Program-made: the position numbers and the translations under genes
NCBI GenBank assembly: GCA_905182125.1
Contig: CAJJAV010000011.1
Coordinates: 9,934-73,933, forward strand
Length of the DNA stretch: 64,000 bases
Source: an uncultured Candidatus Poseidoniales archaeon
GTDB lineage: Archaea > Thermoplasmatota > Poseidoniia > Poseidoniales > Poseidoniaceae
Direction: 5' to 3'
The notes under the pieces: model-generated
The model's database searches: none
What the model saw: the letters and a program-made list of their open reading frames with translations, nothing else
Told to the model about the DNA's origin: nothing
In this document: positions 17,292 to 28,286 of the stretch, piece by piece
Layout: the number at the start of each line of letters is the position of its first letter
Numbering within the stretch: the first letter of the stretch is position 1

Positions 17292-20200
17292 CTATTGCTC
17301 TTCATCAAGTTCATCCAAATCCTTGGGCCTAGGTGGCGGTTCACTCCGGCCAATGAGGGCTGCGTTCACTTGTTTCTGTGTGAACTCGGCAAGGACTTCC
17401 TGACGACGATAGATGGAGAAAACGAGAACACCTGCGGCAAGGAAGACCACTAAAACAGCAAATCCAAGCGTGTCTAAACCTCTGTTATTGGTCTGTTGAT
17501 TCGCTTGAACTTCGCCCATCGGTAGGGGGATGTTCCCCGTCACATCGACCAAAACAACAGCGAGCCCCAACCTTCCAGTGGTCCATGTTTCCAAACTCCA
17601 AGTGTATTCGACCCATGTGCCTGGTGCGAGTTCTGTTGTGTTTGCTTCAAGGATACGCCCGTCAGCATCTTGCAGTTGAACTGTGATGTTACCCGGGAGC
17701 AGCCCTTCGTTCGCAACACGAACAAAGATCGAAATGTTTTCGCCAACCACCGGGCGGTAAGGCGTCACAATGAGGTCGTCAAAGCGGGGCTCGAAAGCAA
17801 CCCATCTGAATGAAGGGGCCAACGGTGCTTCGCTGGTCCCGTACCCTGTTACATTCCGACCTGCACGGTCTGTTGCTGAAAACCACACCTCTAAGCGATC
17901 ATTGCGTTCAAGGATCATCGAAGACGATGGTTGCATGTCCACATTGCCCGCATAGGTGTTCGTGGTCCCTCCACCCGCTGATTTTCCAATTTGGGCCGAA
18001 TCATTGCTGCCCTCAAGAGGCTCACCAAACCGTAAGAATTGCCAGTGCATCGTGATCGGCCCTTCGCTCAAACCTTCCTGGTCGCTCAAGATGACGATGA
18101 CCTCCTGTGCGCCCAATTTATCGGAATCGACCGTCACCAAGGTCCCAGGAGGAACGGTGAGTTGCGGCGAACTTTGATCGATTGTAAAGTTGAAACGCAG
18201 ATCATAAACAAGGAACGGACCATCAATAATCACATCGATGAACCCCGAATTATGCCTGACCACGTCATCGCTGATGTTGATCGTGGTTTCCGCAACTCCT
18301 GTTTCGTTAAACGTGATGTTTGAGGTTCGTGAACGCTCCCCGTCGGAAAGAACCAGGTCAGCCAAAAGAGTGGATGGCACGTGTTCAGCCCGCACGTTGG
18401 TGTCGGCGTGGTTAACGGTCAAAATCAAACTGATCACATCGTTTTGGTGGAACCAGAAATGGTCTCCACTTGTGTCACCAATTGGTTCGGTGAGGTCTTG
18501 GAAGAGAACAGAATGCACTTCCAATGCCGAGGTCACGTTCCAGGTAAAAATACTCAAACGTGACAGTCCCAACCCCAAATCCTGTCCTTCATCGAACACC
18601 TTCAGTGAAGGGACTGCATCATCGGAAAGAGGCGATTCCATCAGCCCCCATGAAAGACGGAAAGCCATTGTCACAACCCAGGTTTGCTGCTGACCTTGTT
18701 TCTCGATTGAAACGGTGGGTGGGAGTTCGAAGCATGCCTCATCAAACAGGGTTTCATCAAAACGGGGTTGGTATTGGATGAAACAAGAGGTGCTCTGTTC
18801 TCGCCCGAGGAGTGCGAACTCAAGTGCATCAAGAGAATTGATTCCGTTGCCATCGGTGATGGAAAAGATGAATTGGTGTTCACGGCCCAGAAGAAGGCGA
18901 CCATCCATGATGTCAAAACTCAGCGTCTCTGTGTTGATGAGGGTGTCATACCGTTCTTGGACATGCACTGTTCCCAAGTCATATGCTTCACCATAATCCC
19001 CTCCACCTTCCAAAGGATTTCCAGCAAGGTCGATCGCTTTGATGACCACGCTTGCCCTTCCTGAAGAGGCCCCCCCGGTGATATCAGCCCAAGATAAGAG
19101 GGGCAAATCAACGATGGCGTTGGTTAACCCGCTGTTGAAGGTCACGGTCTGAGTGGTGTATTCGCTTGCGTCCATAACCCCATCGAGGTTGATGTCATCT
19201 TCGGCTTCTAGCCACGTATGGAGGATGAGAGAATTTCCCAGCCCCTCTGCGTCTTCAAGGGTCACGCGAAGCGCCACATCTTGGCCTTTCATCCACACGT
19301 GGTTGTCGGCTGAAGCGTAACCTCCCGGGTCGAGAGCAAGCAGTGAAATCGTGCTGGGAGCAACCCGGTCATAGAGGAAAGGGACATCGCTGGAACGCGC
19401 AGTGTGATCGAGGCTTGTGGTGGAAACAATGTTGATTGGCCCAATCCGCTCAATGTGAGGCGAAATCAGAATTCGAGTGCCTGATGGAACGCCCTCTTCA
19501 ATCGATGGCGAAGCGATTGGGATCGAAAACGCCCCGTTCGCATCGACTTCAGCCAACCATGATTCCGACCACGAAACCGGGCTGCCACTCCATTCGCTCG
19601 GCCCGCCGCTGATGTTGACTGGTGGAACAGCTTGAGCTTCAATTCGAACCCTGGCCTCTTCTTGGCCAACGTATGATTGTGCTATGCCTTCGAAACGAAC
19701 AGCACCTGACGCAACCATGCCTTGGCTGGCGTTAAGATGGAATGGCCATTGTGAGTCAGACCAATCGTTGAGGTTGCGTTGCGTATCGTCGTACAGCAAA
19801 AAGTCAACAACTTCCAAATCATTCTCAATTTCATTGAACACGGTTTGCCGGTATTGATGAGCGGGACCGGTTGCGAGACCGTTGATGTCTGTTGCATGCG
19901 TAAGGACATGGACGTCGTCGATGTCATCGAAACTCCACGTGCTTTGAATCACCCATGTGACATTGCAAACATTGAGGCCGCAGGAAATGCTTGAGAGGTT
20001 TGACAACATCTGAGCGTATGCCACACCGTCCAGTTGACGGAATTGTGGTGTGGAATCAGCGTCAATGATTTCGAGGTGAATGAGTGCATCAGCTTGATGT
20101 TTCGTAGGCGACAACATCAATTCAATCGACGTGATGTCCGGAGCATCTTGGCCGGGTTCATTCGCATTACCACGCCAATGTTGGGTATGGAACACAACCG

Positions 20201-23200
20201 ACTGTTCAGGCAGCCAGCGTTGGTGTGCAATCGGCAAGATATGGTCCACAAGCAAGGGTTGGCTCACGGCCGTGAGGTTGACGGCCACCGCACCGAATTG
20301 GGTTGCGATGTGGAGTGGAATGACAACGATGGACGAAGTATTGAAGGCTTTTACCTCGTCCATGACGCTGTTCAGCACCTCATCAGTAAGAACTGTGACA
20401 ACCTTTTGCTGGGCTGGAACGATCACGGCTTGGCTGAACTTTACGTTGAATGAACCGCTCATCACGAGTGAAAGACTGCATGACCCGAGGTGAGGGGTGC
20501 TTTCTACCGCCTTTGGAACACATGTAGCTGAATGGGTCACACGATGATGAACAGCCGAGGCCAGTGGCGACACCGACACACTCGGACCGCCTTGCTGAAC
20601 CTCAATTGAGCCACCGAGAGCACTGCTCTCGACCTGGATTAAAAATTGGAGATCGTATGCCATTTGGGTGGGCGTGTAAGGAGCGTCGATTGGCATGAGC
20701 CAAGACAGTTCAGCGGTTTGATTTCCGCTCTGCATCACTTCCAACGAGCCATTGACTGCAGCCAAGAAACCCGTCTGGCTGCCGTTGAACGCATGGAGGC
20801 CTCGGGTGAGGCCAAAACTCTGGTTGGCTCCCGCAATTGGCCAATCAAACAGAGCTGTGGTGTTACCTAATGTTAGAACGGGTGCATGCGGTTCGAGGGA
20901 ACATTGTGGTTCAAAGGTAAAGCCATTGGATGCGGCTCCTGCGCTCCATGAAAAGGCCAAAGGTGTGGTGAAAATTGGCGTGGAGGTTTGAGTAAGAACC
21001 CTACGCACCACTGGTTGATCCAAGGGGGTGTAGGTCCAAGCATCCAGCGAAAGACCTGCGTGAGTGGCGGATAAGTTGTCCCCATATGTTTCGAGGACAA
21101 TGCTTTGGAATGGGCACACTGCTTCCAAGGTCCACGACAAAGAGGCTGCGGAAGAAGCAACAAGTTGTGATTCTTCATCGATGCTCAAGGCATTTAGACC
21201 AACGCCTGAGAACGGAGTGAGTTCGTGGTGATAGGCATCATAGTAGCCGACAGAGCCGACAGTGAGGCGTTGAACTGAGGGCGTGACAAGGGTTTGGTTC
21301 GAGGTCAAGTGAGCGCGTAAATGCAGTGAAGGGTAGCGTTCTTTGTCCAGTGCGAGAAGAATTGGGAGGGATCGATGTTCATACCCGTCTAAAACCGTAC
21401 CGTTTGCATCTAAAATATCGAAGAGGATGCTGGTGTTTTCGGGTTGGGTGACAAAACCGTCAACTTGGCCCCACCCGAAGACCGAGTGTGGCGACAATGG
21501 TTCAGAAACCCACGTCCCTTCAGATTCATAGACATCGATTTCAATGCCTGCATCATCGATGTACCATCCATCCAATTCGATCAATTGATCGGAAAAGAAG
21601 GTGAAACGGGCTCGTACTTCCGAACCAGATAAATTCGATACATCGAACGTCTTCAAATCGAAGCCACGGGTGCCTTGATTGCAACCACCCGGCACATTGG
21701 AACCATCGATGATGCCCTCGCCAAACAAAGGAGAATTGCTGTTTACGGTGGAGATTTGGTCATGGAATCCGTTCAGAGTTGGAGGTATGAACCACCAATT
21801 CTTTCCACCATCGGTGGAGATTGAAACCGCCCCGCCGTCCCAACTGGCCTCCGTGCACACCCAACTCCTGAACGTTAAGCGAGCGGTAGAATTTGCTGGT
21901 ACGATGTATTCTGGGGTGTAAAGATGGGTTAACATGTTGTCGCGGTATTCATCATCGAGATAGATGCCAGCCCCCATCGAACCAGAATGCCACTGCCCAG
22001 GACCGAAACCTGATGCGTTTGATGTGGTGCCAACTTCCCATCGGCGGTTTGTGCTTGCATCGAGGGACCAACCTGCTGGAAGATTGAAACTGACTTCAAA
22101 GTCTTCTGAGTGAGAAGTTGGGCCATTGTGGCCAAGCGTTGCCGTCCACTGCCATTGATTGACATTTGCGGACACATAGGTGAGCCAACCATCTGATGAG
22201 CCATTGGTTTGGGTGGGTTGGCTGCTGAAATTGGCCAGGGAAGTTTTGCTCTGGTTGGGGCTGCCGCGGTTCACCCAGATACTGACATCATCGATGGCGA
22301 TGCCTTCCCATCCACTTGAGGCGGTCCCCCCGAAGTTGTTCTGGCCATCGGTTTGGACCCAGAAGCGGAAGAGCACATTGCTTGCATTCTGAGGACTGGT
22401 TTGATTCCAAGGGAGGGTGTAGAGTATCGGGCACCACTCATCGTTTGAGTCTGCACCATTGAAGAAAACACCGTTGCAGATTGCTCCAGTGCTTGGATGA
22501 CCCGAATAAATAGAAATCGGGGCGTAAGTGGAACCGTTGTCAAGCGACATCCATACGGTGAGGTAATCCTTTGCCCCCCCTTCAATGTCCCAATTAGAGG
22601 AGATTTCCAATTCGACAGTCGCACCAGTGTGGTTCGTTAAGTCTGCAGAAAGGGCCAGTTGCCCCTCTGCGTTCGGGAGGTAATCGCCAGAAAAATTACC
22701 ATGGAACCAAGCCCCTGGAACATCGCCTTGGTTTTCCAAGACCATGCCATCGATGAACCATCCACCTCGTTGGCCAATGTTTGAGTCCGTTGCATAACAA
22801 AATCGGACCTCGACAGTGGGCTGAAGCTGGGAGAGGTGTGCATCGAGGGAAAAAGTGGCGTTCGACCATTGTGGAGTCTCGCCGTTCCAAACAGAAGCTG
22901 GCATTCCGGGGAGTGAAGTGGTGCCATTCGAGCCGCCGAGTGGAGAAATTGCGACCCATGTTCCTGCAGCCGTTTGCACTTCGACCCACGCCGCGTCGTT
23001 GGAATTGAGAGCCAGCCAATGCTGGAATCTGAGGGTGTAATTATTGATGAATGTTGGAGCCTCATAGGCAGGAGAACGTATGCAACCCGACATTCCCCCG
23101 CCGAGGTCACCAAGACCCCGGGTTGCGAGAGCACTCAGTGAACTCGAACCATTGGTCGGAAGCACCATGCCTGATTGTGAAATCAAGGGTTGGATTGTTG

Positions 23201-23693
23201 GCTGAACAACCGCCCATGCCTCGTGATCTTCACCAACACCCATCCAGCCTAATGGAGAACGGACCGTCGTTTCGAAATGAGCAATTGTTCCAAGCGAGGC
23301 TTCCGTGGCCAAGGTCAATTGCCCTCCGTGACCGATGCCGTTGGTTTGTTGATGCGTTCCGTTCCATTGATTGGATGAATGGACGCCAAAGTTGGTACCA
23401 TTGGATGAATCAGAGGACCACAATGGTGTAATGGAGGCTGAGCCTCCAGTGAAGGTCCGGTTGGATGCAACGCTCAATGCTCCTTCAACAACCGCTTCGA
23501 CCGAAGTGGTGTTTTGTTGTGGAATGAAATCGGCTTGACCCGTGCCATGAGGGGTTCCTTCTTGTGCCCAAGTTGGCACTTCTGAACTCGCAACCACCGG
23601 ACTGAGGCTGGACAGAAGCATCAAGAGAACAAACGCAAAGCAGGAACCGACAGGGTCCCTTTCTTTGGTCAATTTGCGCTCTCCTGTGTTCAT
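17292..23693 (-). CDS. giant (2133 aa) secreted glycoprotein candidate with repeated jelly-roll lectin-like modules, C-terminal TM anchor and short acidic cytoplasmic tail (S-layer or adhesin candidate)
   Basis: Uninterrupted 6.4-kb ORF. Signal peptide FAFVLLMLLSSLSPVVASS. More than 40 N-x-S/T sequons. Two modules end in GWFIDGMVL / GWYIDDAGIEIDV preceded by ...VSISTDGGKNWWF. This resembles MAM / choice-of-anchor-J type beta-sandwich domains (assignment by pattern memory only). TM helix LGFAVLVVFLAAGVLVFSIY followed by RRQ, then a tail ending PPPRPKDLDELDEEQ. Confidence 0.6.
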   Translation of the reverse strand: MNTGERKLTKERDPVGSCFAFVLLMLLSSLSPVVASSEVPTWAQEGTPHGTGQADFIPQQNTTSVEAVVEGALSVASNRTFTGGSASITPLWSSDSSNGTNFGVHSSNQWNGTHQQTNGIGHGGQLTLATEASLGTIAHFETTVRSPLGWMGVGEDHEAWAVVQPTIQPLISQSGMVLPTNGSSSLSALATRGLGDLGGGMSGCIRSPAYEAPTFINNYTLRFQHWLALNSNDAAWVEVQTAAGTWVAISPLGGSNGTTSLPGMPASVWNGETPQWSNATFSLDAHLSQLQPTVEVRFCYATDSNIGQRGGWFIDGMVLENQGDVPGAWFHGNFSGDYLPNAEGQLALSADLTNHTGATVELEISSNWDIEGGAKDYLTVWMSLDNGSTYAPISIYSGHPSTGAICNGVFFNGADSNDEWCPILYTLPWNQTSPQNASNVLFRFWVQTDGQNNFGGTASSGWEGIAIDDVSIWVNRGSPNQSKTSLANFSSQPTQTNGSSDGWLTYVSANVNQWQWTATLGHNGPTSHSEDFEVSFNLPAGWSLDASTNRRWEVGTTSNASGFGPGQWHSGSMGAGIYLDDEYRDNMLTHLYTPEYIVPANSTARLTFRSWVCTEASWDGGAVSISTDGGKNWWFIPPTLNGFHDQISTVNSNSPLFGEGIIDGSNVPGGCNQGTRGFDLKTFDVSNLSGSEVRARFTFFSDQLIELDGWYIDDAGIEIDVYESEGTWVSEPLSPHSVFGWGQVDGFVTQPENTSILFDILDANGTVLDGYEHRSLPILLALDKERYPSLHLRAHLTSNQTLVTPSVQRLTVGSVGYYDAYHHELTPFSGVGLNALSIDEESQLVASSAASLSWTLEAVCPFQSIVLETYGDNLSATHAGLSLDAWTYTPLDQPVVRRVLTQTSTPIFTTPLAFSWSAGAASNGFTFEPQCSLEPHAPVLTLGNTTALFDWPIAGANQSFGLTRGLHAFNGSQTGFLAAVNGSLEVMQSGNQTAELSWLMPIDAPYTPTQMAYDLQFLIQVESSALGGSIEVQQGGPSVSVSPLASAVHHRVTHSATCVPKAVESTPHLGSCSLSLVMSGSFNVKFSQAVIVPAQQKVVTVLTDEVLNSVMDEVKAFNTSSIVVIPLHIATQFGAVAVNLTAVSQPLLVDHILPIAHQRWLPEQSVVFHTQHWRGNANEPGQDAPDITSIELMLSPTKHQADALIHLEIIDADSTPQFRQLDGVAYAQMLSNLSSISCGLNVCNVTWVIQSTWSFDDIDDVHVLTHATDINGLATGPAHQYRQTVFNEIENDLEVVDFLLYDDTQRNLNDWSDSQWPFHLNASQGMVASGAVRFEGIAQSYVGQEEARVRIEAQAVPPVNISGGPSEWSGSPVSWSESWLAEVDANGAFSIPIASPSIEEGVPSGTRILISPHIERIGPINIVSTTSLDHTARSSDVPFLYDRVAPSTISLLALDPGGYASADNHVWMKGQDVALRVTLEDAEGLGNSLILHTWLEAEDDINLDGVMDASEYTTQTVTFNSGLTNAIVDLPLLSWADITGGASSGRASVVIKAIDLAGNPLEGGGDYGEAYDLGTVHVQERYDTLINTETLSFDIMDGRLLLGREHQFIFSITDGNGINSLDALEFALLGREQSTSCFIQYQPRFDETLFDEACFELPPTVSIEKQGQQQTWVVTMAFRLSWGLMESPLSDDAVPSLKVFDEGQDLGLGLSRLSIFTWNVTSALEVHSVLFQDLTEPIGDTSGDHFWFHQNDVISLILTVNHADTNVRAEHVPSTLLADLVLSDGERSRTSNITFNETGVAETTINISDDVVRHNSGFIDVIIDGPFLVYDLRFNFTIDQSSPQLTVPPGTLVTVDSDKLGAQEVIVILSDQEGLSEGPITMHWQFLRFGEPLEGSNDSAQIGKSAGGGTTNTYAGNVDMQPSSSMILERNDRLEVWFSATDRAGRNVTGYGTSEAPLAPSFRWVAFEPRFDDLIVTPYRPVVGENISIFVRVANEGLLPGNITVQLQDADGRILEANTTELAPGTWVEYTWSLETWTTGRLGLAVVLVDVTGNIPLPMGEVQANQQTNNRGLDTLGFAVLVVFLAAGVLVFSIYRRQEVLAEFTQKQVNAALIGRSEPPPRPKDLDELDEEQ

Positions 23694-23804
23694 TCAAGAC
23701 CACCTCGCTATCGCGAGGTGAGCCATTCGATATGAATCAACGCGCTTGATGATTGAGGCATTGGCAATGAAGGGTTCAAAGTATGTCGGCCGTACCGTTG
23801 GCTG

Positions 23805-24860
23805 ATGTCGACACACGACAACCTTGACAGCGCTCAGTCGCGTGAGGTTGAGGAACAGTTGTTTTCGACGCACAGGCTCCAGTCGACTCGCCATATGCCG
23901 GTGGTGTTACCTCGTCAAGATTTTTGGTCAATGGTCAAGCGGTTGCTCAACACCTTGGACATGGAAATTCAATCCATGTTGAGGAAAGGTATCACTGGTA
24001 TGCGGCTCCAAAACCTCCAGAAGCGACAAGCGAACATTCGGCACATTGCTTCAGAACTTGCCAGAAAAAGAACCGTGGCGGTGGTTCAGCACGTATCATC
24101 GCAATCATTGCGGAGTTCTGCCCAGCACGTAGGATCAGCCCAGGAATTACCCGCCCTTGATTGGCAGCGGCATGATCCAGCTGAAAAGGCATTTTTCCAT
24201 GCTGTTCAGATCGCTATGGACCGGTTCAAAATGGATCTTGATTGGTCCTCGATGCAGAACGGTCTTGCCGGTGAGGGTTTGTCCCTCCCGTCACTCCATG
24301 CACCAGGAACCATGCAACTTGATTCGTTCACTGATGAAAACATCACCAAACGCCCCCCCCCGGCGTTGGCGTTCGAAGATCAGGGGCCAGAAGCACTGCC
24401 TGACTCCGAAATGGATGAAGAGCACCTCATGTCACCCGATCAATGGCCTGATTTGGATGAATACGTTCACGAAGACCTCACAGAAGCTCCCGCTTCACCC
24501 GCCACTTCGCCTCAAGCAGACGATGAGATGATGGACTTCATCAATCAAAAGGAGACGAAGAAGCATGCAGCCGCAATGGAGCTTGCTCCTTCGAAGCAAC
24601 CTGTTATCACGCTTGAAGATGTTTTTGAAGACGTGGTTGATGAAGCGGCACCTGTAGAACCTGAAGTTCCGGCCCCTGAACCAACCAAAGAACCTGAAGC
24701 GACACTGATTCGAATACGAGTCTTGATGACAAGCCCCGAACCAATTCTTACTGCTTCTGGTGAATCCCTGGCTCTCGAGGCTGGCGATATCCACTTTGTC
24801 GATCAGGACTCTGCAGGTTGGTTAATCGAATCTGGTGTGGCTGAAGCTGCATCACTTTGA
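23805..24860 (+). CDS. hypothetical protein: basic N-terminal domain, long acidic disordered linker, conserved-looking 55-aa C-terminal domain
   Basis: 351-aa ORF. The central about 150 aa are D/E/P-rich. C-terminus is ATLIRIRVLMTSPEPILTASGESLALEAGDIHFVDQDSAGWLIESGVAEAASL. No motif recognised. Confidence 0.35.
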   Translation: MSTHDNLDSAQSREVEEQLFSTHRLQSTRHMPVVLPRQDFWSMVKRLLNTLDMEIQSMLRKGITGMRLQNLQKRQANIRHIASELARKRTVAVVQHVSSQSLRSSAQHVGSAQELPALDWQRHDPAEKAFFHAVQIAMDRFKMDLDWSSMQNGLAGEGLSLPSLHAPGTMQLDSFTDENITKRPPPALAFEDQGPEALPDSEMDEEHLMSPDQWPDLDEYVHEDLTEAPASPATSPQADDEMMDFINQKETKKHAAAMELAPSKQPVITLEDVFEDVVDEAAPVEPEVPAPEPTKEPEATLIRIRVLMTSPEPILTASGESLALEAGDIHFVDQDSAGWLIESGVAEAASL

Positions 24861-24960
24861 TGTTGATGATTCAAACACAGTTTGTACCAACCATACTGGT
24901 TGTCTGACAAAAGATCGAGCCTTACGGCATGTCGCTCTGTTGTGGTGTGTTGGTTACAAC

Positions 24961-25290
24961 TCAGTTGACAGATCGCATCGAGAGTTCGATGCTCACAGTG
25001 TCTGGAATTGGGATACGGGTGACTTGGCGAAGTGCCGATTCATCCTTACCGGAGGTGATGTCCATCTCGAGCAATCGCTTGTGAACACGAAGTTCCCAGT
25101 GATCGTAGGTTTCAACGCCTTCGCCGTCTGGTGCCTTGCGAACAGGGACGACCAAGCGACGTGTTGGCAATGGAATTGGACCGCGTAGAGCGATGCCGCC
25201 ATTGTCACAGATAGCCTTGATTTGACCAGCGACCTGATCGATATCTCGGTGGTTCTGACCAGTGAGTTTGATGATCGTAACTGCTGCCAT
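24961..25290 (-). CDS. rps10: 30S ribosomal protein S10
   Basis: IKLTGQNHRDIDQVAGQIKAICDNGGIALRGPIPLPTRRLVVPVRKAPDGEGVETYDHWELRVHKRLLEM is the S10/S20e family. Lies immediately downstream of tuf, as in archaea. Confidence 0.9.
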   Translation of the reverse strand: MAAVTIIKLTGQNHRDIDQVAGQIKAICDNGGIALRGPIPLPTRRLVVPVRKAPDGEGVETYDHWELRVHKRLLEMDITSGKDESALRQVTRIPIPDTVSIELSMRSVN

Positions 25291-25329
25291 AATGACCCAT
25301 CCAGTTCTATACCAATATCAATCGAAGAC

Positions 25330-26622
25330 TCAAGCCTTCTTCTCAATCTTCAAGCAAACACCAGCAGCCACGGTCTTACCCATGTCGCGGATAGCGAAGC
25401 GAGAGAGTTCGGGGAACGTGTCCATTTGCTCAATAGCCATTGGCTTGTTAGGTTGGAATCGAATCAAGCAAGCGTCACCAGTCTTGAGGAAGGAAGGGTT
25501 CGCTTCCTTGCCAGCCTTGTTCGTCTTCTCGAGAAGTTCGATGAAGCGGACAGCGACTTGAGCGGTGTGTGCGTGGAACACAGGTGTGTAACCGACGGAG
25601 ACAGCCTTTGGAATGTCCATGAGCTGAATTTGACCGACGAAGGTTTCGTCATGTCGAACGAACATAGGTTCGTTGTCAGTGTAACCAGCAACGTCACCAC
25701 GGCGGATGTCTGTTGCAGCGAGACCACGAACGTTGAAACCAACGTTGTCTCCAGGTTCTGCCTTAGGAACCATGGTGTGGTGCATCTCAATCGACTTGAC
25801 CTCAGCGGACTGCATCGATGGGTTGAACACAACGGTCTTGCCGACGTTCAGAGTACCGGTTTCAATCTTGCCAACAGGCACTGTACCAATTCCGGAGATC
25901 TTGTAGACATCTTGAATAGGCAAGCGAAGAGGCTTGTTGATTGGCTTTGCTGGCATGGTGATCTTGTCGATCGCTTCGAAGAGTGTAGGACCCTTGTACC
26001 ATGGGCACTTGTCAGACTTGTTGAACACGTTGTCGCCAAGCAAAGAAGATGCTGGGATCATTGGAACATCAGCTGGGTTGAATCCTGCCATCTTGAGGAG
26101 GGTTCCAACTTCACTGCATGCAGTGTTGTACTTGTCTTCGGACCAGTCGACACCAGAGATATCCATCTTGTTGACGTGAACGATGAGTTGCTTGACACCA
26201 AGAACCTTAGCGAGGAAAGCGTGTTCCTTGGTTTGAGCGTTCACACCGTCGTTAGCAGCGCACAGAAGCACAGCAGCGTCAGCTTGTGAACAGCCAGTGA
26301 TCATGTTCTTGACGAAATCACGGTGACCTGGAGCGTCAATAACAGTCCAGTAGTAGGTAGGGGTAAAGAATTCCTTGTGAGCAACGTCGATGGTGATACC
26401 ACGTTCGCGCTCTTCCTTGAGTCCGTCCATGACGTATGCAAGTCCGAAACCAGCTTTACCGGATTCAGCAGCGAGTTTTTCGTTCTTTTCAATAACGTGA
26501 CCTTCGATATGACCGGAGTCCAATAATAGACGTCCGACAGTCGTTGACTTTCCGTGATCGACGTGTCCGATGAACACGATGTTTAGGTGAGGTTTGCTCT
26601 TATCTTCCCATTGACTTCCCAT
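25330..26622 (-). CDS. tuf: translation elongation factor EF-1alpha (aEF-1A)
   Basis: [21 protein letters not shown], and the full-length 430-aa domain II/III match. Confidence 0.95.
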   Translation of the reverse strand: MGSQWEDKSKPHLNIVFIGHVDHGKSTTVGRLLLDSGHIEGHVIEKNEKLAAESGKAGFGLAYVMDGLKEERERGITIDVAHKEFFTPTYYWTVIDAPGHRDFVKNMITGCSQADAAVLLCAANDGVNAQTKEHAFLAKVLGVKQLIVHVNKMDISGVDWSEDKYNTACSEVGTLLKMAGFNPADVPMIPASSLLGDNVFNKSDKCPWYKGPTLFEAIDKITMPAKPINKPLRLPIQDVYKISGIGTVPVGKIETGTLNVGKTVVFNPSMQSAEVKSIEMHHTMVPKAEPGDNVGFNVRGLAATDIRRGDVAGYTDNEPMFVRHDETFVGQIQLMDIPKAVSVGYTPVFHAHTAQVAVRFIELLEKTNKAGKEANPSFLKTGDACLIRFQPNKPMAIEQMDTFPELSRFAIRDMGKTVAAGVCLKIEKKA

Positions 26623-26767
26623 GGTAATTGCTCCTTAGCGAGTCCTCCGAACAACCACCCCTATTTAGAAAGCGCGACGCGTGCCTTCACTGGCACAACA
26701 ACAGGAAATGGAGCATTGCGGCTATTTCTATTGGGAAAAATCAATCGAAATGGGTTCTGACTGGGGT

Positions 26768-28225
26768 TCATTCGCCACCGCGGATGGTCCCATCGTCCTC
26801 AACTTTGTACAGGCGAACGGTGCTTGTAGCCCCGCTGATGGCCTTTGGACTCCCAGAGATGGCAACGACTCGGTCACCTGGTGCGATTGTCCCGCGGCGC
26901 ACCAAGGTTTCAACCGCTGCCTGCATGGTTTGTGAACCACGCTCGTATTCCTCGACGACGAGACTTTCAACGCCGGGGAGCAATTGTATTCGACGCGCAG
27001 CACGTATTCGATCGCTGACAGCGGTAACAGGGGTGGTCGGGCGGTATCCAGCCACTAAGCGAGCAGCATTGCCATGTTGGGTGGCAACGACGATTCGCGC
27101 AGCGCCGGAGAGCCGCGCCAGTTCAACGCCTGCGTGGGCCACTGAGCGGGTCGCTACGAACCGAGCAAGAGCACTCGGACGGCGGTCATTGGATTGGAAA
27201 CCAGCATCTGCGGCAGTGGCGATTTTAGCCATCGTCTCAACAGCCGCAAGCGGATAGTTGCCGGAGGCGGTCTCGCCAGAAAGCATCACAGCGGTAGCGC
27301 CATGCCGAATTGCGCTCGATATATCGCTCACTTCTGCTCGCGTTGGGCGAGGGTTCAGAGTCATTGTTTCCAGCATTTGAGTCGCAACGATGACAATCAT
27401 GCCACGCTCTAACGCTCCGTCAATGATCCGTTGTTGGGCCACGGGGACATCTTCAAGCGGAATTTCCACACCGAGGTCACCTCTTGCGACCATGACCGCA
27501 TCGGCCAGATCGAGAATTTCATCAAGGCGTTCCAACGCCATTGGGTGTTCAATCTTGGCGATCACGGGCACGTGTTTACCTGCAGCCTTAACAGCATCAA
27601 TCGCTGGTTGAAGGTCTTCTGGAGTCCGTACATAACTCACTGCAATGTAATCTGCACCTGCTTCAAGGGCATGGGCAATGGCTGCCTTATCGTTTGGCCC
27701 AATGGCTGGAAGGTCGACCATCGTCCCAGGGACATTGACGCCTTTTCGGGCACTGATTGGCCCACCGTCTTCAACGGTGCACACGACCAGCCCCCCGGGG
27801 ACGCCATCTGTTTGTTCGACCACTAAGCGGACCAAACCATCGGCAATCAGCACGGGGTCACCAGGTTGAAGTTCAGCAGAAAGCCCAGCGTATTCCACCG
27901 GCAGTTCTGAAGATGAAGCATCTTGCATCTCACCTACACCACAGTGCAGGGTTAATTTCGCACCGCGTTCAAGCGCCACCACGCCAGGAAATCGACCAAG
28001 GCGTAATTTTGGACCAGGGAGATCTGCAAGAATGCATGTGGGCCTTCCGAGGAACTTTTCCATTGACCGAATGCGGTCATAGAGGCCGGTTTTACTCTCT
28101 GGGGTGCCGTGGGAATAGTTGAGGCGGCACACATCAACGCCAGCTTCGAGCAAGGAACGCAGGATATGTTCTTCTGAACTGGAGGGGCCGATGGTAGCCA
28201 CGATTCGAGTACGACGCATGGTCAA
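26768..28225 (-). CDS. pyk: pyruvate kinase
   Basis: RRTRIVATIGPSS, NYSHG, IIAKIEHPMALE, MVARGDLGVEIP, and a 485-aa length typical of PK. Confidence 0.9.
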   Translation of the reverse strand: MTMRRTRIVATIGPSSSEEHILRSLLEAGVDVCRLNYSHGTPESKTGLYDRIRSMEKFLGRPTCILADLPGPKLRLGRFPGVVALERGAKLTLHCGVGEMQDASSSELPVEYAGLSAELQPGDPVLIADGLVRLVVEQTDGVPGGLVVCTVEDGGPISARKGVNVPGTMVDLPAIGPNDKAAIAHALEAGADYIAVSYVRTPEDLQPAIDAVKAAGKHVPVIAKIEHPMALERLDEILDLADAVMVARGDLGVEIPLEDVPVAQQRIIDGALERGMIVIVATQMLETMTLNPRPTRAEVSDISSAIRHGATAVMLSGETASGNYPLAAVETMAKIATAADAGFQSNDRRPSALARFVATRSVAHAGVELARLSGAARIVVATQHGNAARLVAGYRPTTPVTAVSDRIRAARRIQLLPGVESLVVEEYERGSQTMQAAVETLVRRGTIAPGDRVVAISGSPKAISGATSTVRLYKVEDDGTIRGGE

Positions 28226-28286
28226 GGCTCACGCAGGTTGCTCAAAACATCTTTCTCAATAGATGCAAGGTTAGAGCCTGTTATGC

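Noticed and set aside
25222-26289. 355-aa plus-strand ORF
   Set aside because: Entirely antisense to EF-1alpha, whose motifs are unambiguous. A typical shadow ORF.
26628-27257. 209-aa plus-strand ORF
   Set aside because: Antisense to pyruvate kinase.
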